Part shown: positions 1 to 8,900 of the stretch, one piece after another
Layout: every line of letters begins with the position of its first letter
How positions within the stretch are numbered: position 1 is the stretch's first letter
Source: an uncultured virus (IMG/VR IMGVR_UViG_3300002140_000103)
Lineage: Duplodnaviria; Heunggongvirae; Uroviricota; Caudoviricetes
Reading direction: 5' to 3' (one strand)
IMG/VR virus record: IMGVR_UViG_3300002140_000103
DNA length: 20,000 nt
The notes under the pieces: model-generated
What the model was told of the DNA's origin: nothing
The model's input: only the letters and a program-made list of their open reading frames with translations
Database searches by the model: none
Program-made: the position numbers and the translations under genes

Positions 1-1
1 T

Positions 2-991
2 AAATACGAAAAGTTTTATCCTAACAACTATAACGAATATCTAACAGCATTAGAAACTTCTAAAACAGAAATGTTTTGGATTATACCCGAGTATGTAAAT
101 GTTACAGATAGATTTAAATTTGATACTTATTTTTCACATGATCAAAGTTTTGAAAGAAATATAAATCATGTTTATTTAAATGGAAAATATTACGATGGTG
201 TTGTACTGTGCAGTAAGTATGCAAAGTTTACTGAAAAAGAATTTGACTATAAATTCATTGCTAATAAAAAAGAAGTTCCTGTAATAATTTCTACTCCTAA
301 ACCGTTTGATGTTGTTTTCATAAGTTATCAAGAACCCAACTGTGAAGAAAACTATGAAAATTTATTAACTCAAGTACCTTATGCAAAAAGAATACACGGA
401 GTAAAGGGAATTCACCAAGCACACATTGCTGCTGCAAAATTATGCAATACTGACATGTTTTGGATTGTTGATGGTGATGCAGAAATAGTAGATGACTTTG
501 AATTCAATTATCAAGTTGCACAATGGGATAAAGAAACAGTGTATGTATGGAGAAGTCAAAATCCAATAAACGATCTTGTTTATGGATATGGTGGTATAAA
601 ATTATTTCCACGTGATTTAACAATCAACATGGATATTGCTAAACCTGACATGACCACAAGTATCAGTAACAAGTTTAATGCAATGAGTCAAATTAGTAAT
701 ATTACCGGATTTAATACTGATCCTTTTAATACATGGAAAAGTGCATTTAGAGAATGTTGTAAACTCAGTGCAAAGATTATTGATAGACAAAAAGAAGATG
801 AGACAAACACACGTTTACATACATGGTGTTCTTTAGGCGAAAATAAATTATATGGAAAATATGCGATTGCTGGTGCTAAGTCTGGTGCATTGTACGGAGC
901 CAGAAATAAAGACAATATAGAAGCACTTGCTAAGATAAATGACTTTGACTGGCTAAACAACCAATTTACACAATTAAATCAATCACTTTAA
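2..991 (+). CDS. Glycosyltransferase-like (GT-A fold) phage protein, 5'-truncated by the window
   Basis: The frame is open from base 2 (KYEKFYPNNY...) through the ORF-track start at 71. It contains FDVVFISYQEPN...HIAAAK...MFWIVDGDA (hydrophobic strand plus DxD, GT-A-like), with a degenerate earlier copy of the motif (TEMFWIIP). Its 3' end overlaps the convergent NUDIX gene by 26 nt. Confidence 0.55.
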   Translation, partial: KYEKFYPNNYNEYLTALETSKTEMFWIIPEYVNVTDRFKFDTYFSHDQSFERNINHVYLNGKYYDGVVLCSKYAKFTEKEFDYKFIANKKEVPVIISTPKPFDVVFISYQEPNCEENYENLLTQVPYAKRIHGVKGIHQAHIAAAKLCNTDMFWIVDGDAEIVDDFEFNYQVAQWDKETVYVWRSQNPINDLVYGYGGIKLFPRDLTINMDIAKPDMTTSISNKFNAMSQISNITGFNTDPFNTWKSAFRECCKLSAKIIDRQKEDETNTRLHTWCSLGENKLYGKYAIAGAKSGALYGARNKDNIEALAKINDFDWLNNQFTQLNQSL

Positions 992-1400
992 AAACAGTTT
1001 CAAGTTTTTGTTGGTTGATTTTACTGCGTAGTGTATTTGCTAATCCGTTGTGCAACGGCTTTGGCCATTTACCAAAACTAACCCACGCATATCCATCGTG
1101 TTCGATGTTTAATGTTGGGATAAACTCTTTCTCAACTACACATAGATATGTATAAAAACTAAAGTGTTCGTCGTTACTGATAAATGTTTCTAACGGAATA
1201 GTTTTTTTAATTTCAGGAAGGATGCCTATTTCTTCTTGAATTTCTCTTTTTAAACCTTCCCACGGAGTCTCTTGATCTTCATTAGTTCCGCCGACTAATC
1301 CCCAAACATTACTTTGTTTACTTTGCGTTCTATGTAATAACAAAAATCTATTAGTGTCTAACGTATAAAATAATGCACCACTACAAATTATCTTCTTCAT
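966..1400 (-). CDS. NUDIX hydrolase
   Basis: Nudix box GGTNEDQETPWEGLKREIQEEIG (GX5EX7REUXEEXG) plus EHDGYAWV. Confidence 0.92.
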   Translation of the reverse strand: MKKIICSGALFYTLDTNRFLLLHRTQSKQSNVWGLVGGTNEDQETPWEGLKREIQEEIGILPEIKKTIPLETFISNDEHFSFYTYLCVVEKEFIPTLNIEHDGYAWVSFGKWPKPLHNGLANTLRSKINQQKLETVFKVIDLIV

Positions 1401-1408
1401 AAAAATAA

Positions 1409-2818
1409 TTATCCGTCTAAGTCAAGTCTCCACGTAGCAACTGGATAAAATCCGTCAACACTTTGACTCCATTCTATGCCATCCCACATATATTGAATAC
1501 CCGTTGCTAAGTTTTGAGTATATACAACATCAGCTGTTTCGCTTGCATTAAGAACAATACTCCAATTGTTTCCATCATATTCTACAATGTCATTTTCGCT
1601 TGCAACAAAGTCAGTACCGGTACTGTTTTTCCATGCAGTAGGACCGCTTGTGTTTGTAGTACTTCCAATATTATCTAATAATAATAATCTAGTTCCGGGT
1701 GTTGTATCTGGAACAGTTCTTTGAGGATCTATAATGTAATCAATTGAACTTCTACCTGAAATAACAGTGTTAGTTGAAAAACTATCCTGGTCCCAGTCTA
1801 CTATCAATCGAGTCTCGTCTAATTCGTTAAGTGCAAAGCTGCCGGTTATTATACTACCAGTATCTACTCTAGTAGCATATACTCTACTAATGCCAGCTTG
1901 ATAAGTACCAGGTGTTGCTTCTAAAACGCCTCTCCAATTGATTTGTCCAACGACTCCGTTTTTAACTAGTTGTGCAGACCCAGCTAAAATATATAATCCG
2001 TATTGTTGATAGTTAACACCAATTACTTTATCAGTGATTGAACTTTTTGCAATACTATTTCCTGAATCACTTAAACCTTTTCCTGTTTGTATACTATCAT
2101 TGTATTGATTAATTTGCGGAGTACTGTTGTTTAAAACTATAGTACCTTTTGATTCGTCGTATATGCCCATTAATACATTTGTAATTACGCCTAGACGTTT
2201 TACCTTTGCTGGCGGACTTATATATATCGGAGTGCTAAAGATCAAAGTTGCTACATCAATTTCGCTGTCTGTTCCAACAGGAATAGTTTTATTAGAAAAG
2301 TTTATATTATCTAAGTTGACCACAGTCAAACTAGTCCAGTCTACATAGTTGTCTGTTGTTTGTATTTCTAGACTTGGGTTAAACATAACCAAAAGTTGTT
2401 CCATAATTTGTAATTTTTGTTCAGTATTACTAGTCCATATATCAACGTTCATTGTTAAAATATACGGAGTAGGCATCAGACGTTCAACTGTATAATTTTT
2501 ACCTTGCGTATTTAAATATTCATTTCCTTCGCTATCATAAGCACGTTCTCTAACATTAACTTTGTTAACATAACTACTATCCGAAAGTCTTGCTCTGTCT
2601 AATTCCATTGCAGTCATATAAACTGCCATGCGAGGCGCACTAGGCAATTTATTCTCACTGTTATCTCTTAAAATATGAGCAACTTGTCTGTTTAAATCGC
2701 CATATGCTACAGGCACGCGACGAAGAGCTCCGTCACCGTCTTTGTAAGTAAACCCGCTTAATAATCGAATTACTTGTGTAATATATCTTCTAATCTGACC
2801 ATCATAAAAATGAAGCAT
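1409..2818 (-). CDS. gp15: Tail terminator / sheath stabilizer (T4 gp15-like) with a long C-terminal extension
   Basis: N-terminal HFYDGQIRRY, RVPVAYG, PRMA, PTPY and QIMEQLLVMFNP motifs are typical of gp15. It follows gp14 with a TAATG overlap at 2816-2820. Confidence 0.8.
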   Translation of the reverse strand: MLHFYDGQIRRYITQVIRLLSGFTYKDGDGALRRVPVAYGDLNRQVAHILRDNSENKLPSAPRMAVYMTAMELDRARLSDSSYVNKVNVRERAYDSEGNEYLNTQGKNYTVERLMPTPYILTMNVDIWTSNTEQKLQIMEQLLVMFNPSLEIQTTDNYVDWTSLTVVNLDNINFSNKTIPVGTDSEIDVATLIFSTPIYISPPAKVKRLGVITNVLMGIYDESKGTIVLNNSTPQINQYNDSIQTGKGLSDSGNSIAKSSITDKVIGVNYQQYGLYILAGSAQLVKNGVVGQINWRGVLEATPGTYQAGISRVYATRVDTGSIITGSFALNELDETRLIVDWDQDSFSTNTVISGRSSIDYIIDPQRTVPDTTPGTRLLLLDNIGSTTNTSGPTAWKNSTGTDFVASENDIVEYDGNNWSIVLNASETADVVYTQNLATGIQYMWDGIEWSQSVDGFYPVATWRLDLDG

Positions 2819-3978
2819 TAATTATCCGCCTTTGGTCTAAGAGCTTTACTCAGGCTTTGTCTTTCTTCTGTCACTTCGCCACCTATGTTATTTGTATTTG
2901 TATTATTGATAAATGTAGCTTTTTGTGTAATTCTACTATCAAGGTTGCTCAGCGTCATACGTACATCGTCTGTGACTTTAACCCAACGTGTTCCATCAAA
3001 TCTAAACAAACGTTTTGGTGAAAAATCTGTTCTTAAAAAATAATCATTTGATTGACTACCTGGAGGAAAACTTATACCCATACCGTATGGAGCACCATTT
3101 GGTGCATCCGCTACTCCAAGTAAGTATCCATCATATCCGTATCTTTTAGGAGTGTCAACTATTGCATCAGCAGAAGTATTAAAATTACTAGCATCAATAT
3201 CAGATTCGTCTGCAGTTTGCAGTGCTACAGTACCATCGTTATTTACAGCAAGTGTATAAAAACTTGAAGTGTCATATCCACTTTTTGTAGCAGTGGCTTC
3301 GGCTTGTGCAACAATAGCATCATTGATTTGCATTTCTTTTTCGTATGTAGATAATACATCACGCAATGTGTTGTTACTACCTTCTTCTGCCGGCAAGTCT
3401 AATATATCTTTGTATTCTTGGCTATCAATTATTTGTTTTAACTTTATTCTATATAAATGAGGATACCAAGTTTGGCTAAACCCTTCACTTGCACGATTAA
3501 CATCTTCTACAACATAAAATCTTTTAAGTGCTACACTATAATCATTAAGTGCATATTCGTCTTTTAAGTGAGGTAGTTCAATTACATCACCTGGCATAAT
3601 TTTTCTACCTAATGTTTTAACACTGCCATTAATATGTATTGTACAATACAGTGTATCGTTGCTGAGGAATAATCCAAATTGACTTAAATTAAAGTCTGCA
3701 TCAGTTACACTGTATATGCCGCGGATAACATATATATCTTCATCATACTTTCTATCACGGTTTTCTAAAAACAACATATCTTGTATGTTTGTTTCTTTAA
3801 CACCATTACTATAAAATGGCTGATCAGCAGTGCTTTCGCCTTCTGGTGTATTTTTAGGACCTAAATACTTGTGTATATAAAAGTCAGTTCCGCCTACAGA
3901 AAATTGTTCAAGGATAATCCTATCCATAAATTCGTAGTCTCTTGTTTTTTCGGGTCTATATAAACTTAAACGTGGCAT
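2818..3978 (-). CDS. gp14: Neck protein (T4 gp14-like head closure)
   Basis: LSQFGLFL..D and MPGDVIELPHL resemble gp14. The start is moved from 4017 to the ATG at 3978 (MPRLSLYRPEK), which lies 5 nt after a TAAATA motif. The gene sits between gp13 and gp15. Confidence 0.72.
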   Translation of the reverse strand: MPRLSLYRPEKTRDYEFMDRIILEQFSVGGTDFYIHKYLGPKNTPEGESTADQPFYSNGVKETNIQDMLFLENRDRKYDEDIYVIRGIYSVTDADFNLSQFGLFLSNDTLYCTIHINGSVKTLGRKIMPGDVIELPHLKDEYALNDYSVALKRFYVVEDVNRASEGFSQTWYPHLYRIKLKQIIDSQEYKDILDLPAEEGSNNTLRDVLSTYEKEMQINDAIVAQAEATATKSGYDTSSFYTLAVNNDGTVALQTADESDIDASNFNTSADAIVDTPKRYGYDGYLLGVADAPNGAPYGMGISFPPGSQSNDYFLRTDFSPKRLFRFDGTRWVKVTDDVRMTLSNLDSRITQKATFINNTNTNNIGGEVTEERQSLSKALRPKADN

Positions 3979-3983
3979 GCATA

Positions 3984-3998
3984 TATTTAGCATAAATA
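3984..3998. promoter_or_regulatory. Back-to-back divergent late promoters (TATTTA-GCA-TAAATA)
   Basis: TAAATA on the minus strand at 3984-3989 and on the plus strand at 3993-3998, within the 37-nt gap between the gp14 and gp13 starts. Confidence 0.75.
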
Positions 3999-4015
3999 CA
4001 TATGGAGAACATATC

Positions 4016-4780
4016 ATGGCCGATAATGAATTAGTAACACAAAAACAAGAAGTATTTGATTATGTACACGCTATGTTAGGTGGCGGCATGGTTGATGTTG
4101 AACTTGATCCAATACATTACGAAACTGCTTTAACCAAAGCACTAACTCGTTATCGTCAACGTAGTGATGCTAGTGTAGAAGAAAGTTATATTACATTAAA
4201 AACAGTACAAGAACAAAATAGTTATATTCTTCCTCAAGAAATTATGGAAGTAAGACAACTATTTAGACGCAGTGTCGGTAGTCGCAGCGGCGGCGGCGAC
4301 GGCGGTAGTTTGTTTGAACCATTTAATCTTGCATATACAAATACCTATTTGTTATCTGGATCTGGTATGGGCGGACTTGCTACATATGAGTTATTTTCAC
4401 AACAACAAGAACTTGTTGGACGTATGTTTGGTAGTTTTATCGAATTTACATGGAATTCAAGCACAAAAAAATTAACACTGCTTCAACTACCAAGAGCAGA
4501 AGAAGATATATTAATGTACTGCTATAACTATCGTCCAGACGGGCAGCTATTAATCGATTATCTTGCAAAACAGTGGCTTAAAGATTATACACTTGCAGCT
4601 TGTAAGTATATGCTAGGCGAAGCACGTAGTAAATTTGCTACTATTGCAGGCCCGCAAGGCGGTACTAGCTTAAACGGTTCGGATTTAAAATCTGAAGCAC
4701 AAAGTGAAATGGATAAATTAGAACAAGAAGTATCAATGGCAGTCGCGGGCGGCAACGGTTACGGATTTTTAATTGGCTAA
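4016..4780 (+). CDS. gp13: Neck protein (T4 gp13-like adaptor)
   Basis: LGGGMVDVEL near the N-terminus and WLKDYTLA..K..LGEARSKF...GPQGGTSLNG at the C-terminus are characteristic. SD GGAG at 4004-4007 supports the ATG at 4016 rather than 3977. Confidence 0.85.
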   Translation: MADNELVTQKQEVFDYVHAMLGGGMVDVELDPIHYETALTKALTRYRQRSDASVEESYITLKTVQEQNSYILPQEIMEVRQLFRRSVGSRSGGGDGGSLFEPFNLAYTNTYLLSGSGMGGLATYELFSQQQELVGRMFGSFIEFTWNSSTKKLTLLQLPRAEEDILMYCYNYRPDGQLLIDYLAKQWLKDYTLAACKYMLGEARSKFATIAGPQGGTSLNGSDLKSEAQSEMDKLEQEVSMAVAGGNGYGFLIG

Positions 4781-5342
4781 AGGTACTCGCATTGCTGTCA
4801 ACATGACAGTTCCGTGGAACGGTCCAGGCAATAGACGAGACCCTCCTGACGGGCCTCGCATTGCTGTCAACATGACAGTTCCGTGGAACGGTAAAGGCAA
4901 TAGACGATATTATCTCTCTTGGCTAATAAAAGAACACAATATTAAAACTATGGCAGAAGTAGGCGTTAGGGACGGCCACACTACATTTTACTTGTTAGAC
5001 CAACATCCTGAGCTAGTAATATACGGAATTGACAAAAGTATTGCTGGGTTTTATAATAACGATATAAAATCTAAATACGTCAATAGATTAATACCTATTG
5101 AAGCACTGAGTGTAGATGGTGCTAAAAGCATTGCCGATGCTAGTTTAGATTTAGTGTTTATAGATGCCGATCACAGCTACGATTGGGTTAAAAAAGATAT
5201 AGCAGCATATACTCCTAAACTTAAAAAAGGTGGATTTCTTTCAGGACACGATATAGACTTTCCGGGTGTTAATCGTGCTGTAAATGAAGTTATTATAAAA
5301 TATGATGTAGGTCCTAATAATGTTTGGTTGACAAATGTCTAA
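4773..5342 (+). CDS. Class I SAM-dependent methyltransferase (Methyltransf_24-like)
   Basis: Motifs AEVGVRDG, GID and LVFIDADHSY...LKKGGFLSGHD. The TTG start overlaps the gp13 stop; the exact start is uncertain. Confidence 0.85.
   Translation: MAKGTRIAVNMTVPWNGPGNRRDPPDGPRIAVNMTVPWNGKGNRRYYLSWLIKEHNIKTMAEVGVRDGHTTFYLLDQHPELVIYGIDKSIAGFYNNDIKSKYVNRLIPIEALSVDGAKSIADASLDLVFIDADHSYDWVKKDIAAYTPKLKKGGFLSGHDIDFPGVNRAVNEVIIKYDVGPNNVWLTNV
4786..4907 (+). repeat. Direct repeat, 2 x 53 nt (4786-4838 and 4855-4907), 69-nt period, in frame
   Basis: CTCGCATTGCTGTCAACATGACAGTTCCGTGGAACGGT(CC/AA)AGGCAATAGACGA occurs twice, 51/53 identical, encoding RIAVNMTVPWNGxGNRR. Confidence 0.97.
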
Positions 5343-5359
5343 TTTTATTATAATATAAT
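5328..5359 (+). promoter_or_regulatory. Sigma70-like promoter for the kinase gene
   Basis: TTGACA at 5328-5333, with TAATAT at 17-nt spacing (5351-5356) overlapped by TATAAT at 5349 and 5354. SD AAGGA at 5364-5368. Confidence 0.6.
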
Positions 5360-5374
5360 AAAAAAGGATTAGAA

Positions 5375-5875
5375 ATGTCTAAACTTAAATTATTAGTAAT
5401 TGGTCATGGCCGACACGGTAAGGATACTGTATGCGACCTGCTTCGTGATAAGTATGCTTATAGTTTTGAAAGTAGTAGTCAATTTTGTTCAAAGCTCTTT
5501 ATCTATAACGATTTAAAGGACAAGTATGGATACGCTAACGAGGAAGAGTGTTATGCTGACAGGCATAATCACAGAGCAGAATGGTATGATGCTATCTGCG
5601 CTTATAATGCATTTGATGCAGCGACTCTAGGCAGAGAGATTTTTAGAGAACATGATATCTATTGCGGCTTACGTAACAAGCGCGAGTTCTTTGCAATGCA
5701 AAACACAGGTGTATTTGATTATGCTATTTGGGTTGATCGTAGCAATTATCTTCCCCCTGAATCTAAAGACTCAATGAGCCTTGAACAATGGATGGCTGAT
5801 TTTACTATTGACAATAATAGTACACTGGAGTCTTTAGAATCTAATACTTGCAGATTAATGGATTATCTACATTAA
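5375..5875 (+). CDS. P-loop deoxynucleoside monophosphate kinase-like protein (T4 gp1-like)
   Basis: N-terminal LLVIGHGRHGKDT P-loop, GLRNKRE, IWVDR and C-terminal ADFTIDNN. Confidence 0.7.
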   Translation: MSKLKLLVIGHGRHGKDTVCDLLRDKYAYSFESSSQFCSKLFIYNDLKDKYGYANEEECYADRHNHRAEWYDAICAYNAFDAATLGREIFREHDIYCGLRNKREFFAMQNTGVFDYAIWVDRSNYLPPESKDSMSLEQWMADFTIDNNSTLESLESNTCRLMDYLH

Positions 5876-5919
5876 CTGCGTATTTTTCTCTTATAAAACG
5901 CCTTTTTCTTGGGGTATGT

Positions 5920-5927
5920 GCTAAATA
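5920..5927 (+). promoter_or_regulatory. Late promoter GCTAAATA for the sheath gene
   Basis: TAAATA at 5922-5927 in the intergenic region; SD AAGGAG at 5949-5954. Confidence 0.7.
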
Positions 5928-5964
5928 ATAGTAATAATACATATCCACAAGGAGAAAAACAACA

Positions 5965-8900
5965 ATGGCTTTAGTATCACCAGGCGTACAGGTTACAGTT
6001 ATAGACGAAAGTTTCTATACACCGGCTGAACCAGGTACAGTACCAATGATCTTTGTAGCAACAAAGGAAAACAAATCAAATCCGGCAAGTACTGGAATTG
6101 CTCCAGGTACACTGGCAGCAAATGCAGGAAAGGTTTACTTAGTAAGCTCACAACGTGAACTTTCTGAAACATTTGGCGATCCTTCGTTTTACACTGATGC
6201 AAGTAACAATCCAATACACGGCGGCGAGCAAAACGAGTACGGACTTCAAGCTGCTTACTCATATCTTGGTGTAGCAAATAGAGCATATGTTGTTCGTGCA
6301 GACTTAGATCTTAATGCAATAACTGCAAGTTCTACTGCAACTGCAGGCGATCCTACAAATGGGTCGTATTGGTTTGATACAGACGATACTAAATTTGGTA
6401 TATTTGAGTGGAACGGTGCTGCAGCTACCGTAACAAACGGTCAAACATTTGCTAATAAAGTTCCTTTACTAATTACCGATGTTGCTAAAACAAGTGGTTC
6501 TGATCCTTATACTCCAAGCGGCACAGTTGGCTCAATTGGCGATTATGCAGTTGTTGCAGTATCAAACGTAAATCGCATTTGGTATAAATCAAATGGCTAC
6601 GGCGTAGATCATAATGCAACTAGAGGTACATGGGTAGAAGTAGGTAGTGAAGATTGGAAAGCAAGTATTCCGTTTGTAATTGGTACAGGTATTTCAGGAA
6701 TTACTACTAGCAAAACTATTACATTTAGTTTAACTAGTGATAGTTCAGGTACACAATATGATGTTGTAACATCTGGTACTACTGTAGCAAGTTTAGTAAT
6801 TGATATCAATACTACATCTGCTTTAGTTGCTGCAGGTATTACTGCTGCAAGTGTTAATGGAAAATTAGCACTTTATAATAACGGAACAGCCGATGTATGC
6901 GAAATATACGGCCACGATTCTACACTTACTGCACTAGGCATTGTACAAGATACATATTATGCTCCTGCTATTAGTATTGCAGGACATACAAGTGTTCCGT
7001 TATACAAAGCAATTAATCCACAGCCACGTCCAACTGGAAGTGTTTGGATCAAAACTACAAGTCCAAATCTAGGTGCAGTATGGAATGTAAAACAATACAG
7101 TTCTGCAACAAGTGCATGGACAGCAGTTAATGCACCGATATATGCAACTAATCATGCTGCAATTTACGGCCTAGATAGTACAGGCGGTGGCGCAAATATT
7201 GCAGAGGGTGCAGTTTATGTACAAAGCAATGTAGCAGAATCAGTGGATCCGCTTGCTACATTCAAACTATATCGTAAAAATGGCGCCGGCGCAGTAAGCG
7301 CAACAAGTGCTAAAGTTACTTCTAGTACGTTTGGTTCGGGTTCGAGCACATTTACATTACAAGCAACAGCTAGTGGCGCAGGTGCATTATCAAATGCAGA
7401 AACTATAACATGGGTACCAACTGGTGCTACAACTGATGCAGACTTATTAGCATCTGCTATTAATGCTAAAGGTATTACAAACGTTGGTGCTACAGTAGAC
7501 AGCCAAAACAGAGTGGTTATATCACATGCATTAGGCGGAGATATTAGAATTGTAGATACTGATGGGTTAATTGACAATGCATTTACACCGTTTGATGCTG
7601 CAGTTGCTTCTTCAACTACAAATCTTTATTATGTGCCAGGTACTGACGTAAGTACTTCACCTAAAGAGTTTATGATTACACATTGGAAAGTTCTTACATA
7701 TACAGCAAGTTCAACTGCACCAACTACTACTCCAGCAGACGGCGCTCTATGGTACAGCAGTATAGTTGACGAAGTTGATCTTATGATACACAACGGTACC
7801 ACATGGGTTGGTTTACACAATGTTGATCCATTAGGCGGTTCGGCAACAGGTGCTAGTAGTATTTTAGATCCAAACGGTCCTATTGTTTCCGCTACTGCTC
7901 CAACTGAGCAATCAGATGGATCTGCACTAGTTGAAGGCGATGTTTGGATTAGTACAGCAGATGTTGAAAATTATCCATTAGTTTATCGTTGGAATAACAG
8001 TACAAGTAAATGGGTAGCAATTGACAAAACTGATCAAACTACCGACGAAGGTATTCTATTTGCTGATGCACGTTGGAGTACAGGTGGCGGCAGTGCTACA
8101 GCACATGTCGAAGGTGATATCGTTGAAATGCTTACAAGTAATTTCCTCGATGTAGATGCTCCAGATCCTGCACTATATCCAACAGGCATGTTACTATGGA
8201 ACTTACGTAGAAGTGGCTTTAATGTTAAGAGATTTGTACGCGATCATGTAGACGTAGATGCACTTAATATTAGATTTGGTGATGCGTCAATGGCAAACTA
8301 TTATCCACACCGTTGGGTTACCGAGTCAGCTAACAATGCAGACGGTTCAGGTAGCTTTGGACGTAATGCACAGCGTAAAGTTGTTGTACAAAGTCTACAA
8401 GCAATGGTTAACAGTAATCAAGATATCCGTGATGACGAATCACGCTTGTTTAACTTAATTGCTTGCCCGGGATATTCAGAGCTAATTGGCGAAATGGTTA
8501 CACTAAACTACGATAGAGGCTTAACAGCATTTGTTGTAGGTGATAGCCCAATGCGTTTAACACCGACTACAACTGCAATTAGCGATTGGGCAACTAACGT
8601 TAACTTGGCACTTGAAGACAACGATATCGGTCTAGTAAGTAGAGATGAATACTTAGGTATTTACTATCCAAGTGGTTATACAAGTGACAACCTAGGCAAT
8701 AACATTGTTGTTCCAGCAAGTCACATGGTACTACGCACTATTGCACTTAACGACCAAGTTGCGTATCCATGGTTTGCACCAGCAGGTACAAGAAGAGGCG
8801 GCGTAACTAATGCAACTGCAACTGGTTATATTACTAGTGAAGGCGAATTTGCAAGTATTGCACTTAATGAAGGACAACGTGATACATTGTATTCAAACAA

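Noticed and set aside
3977..4017. ORF-track starts at 3977 (+) and 4017 (-) implying a head-to-head overlap
   Set aside because: SD and promoter positions support ATGs at 4016 and 3978, which leave a 37-nt intergenic gap.
4786..4907. CRISPR mini-array or DGR template/variable repeat pair (the mismatches are AA vs CC)
   Set aside because: Only two copies, a 53-nt unit with a 16-nt spacer, in frame inside a CDS. No cas or reverse transcriptase gene is in the window, and two adjacent mismatches are too few to indicate adenine mutagenesis.
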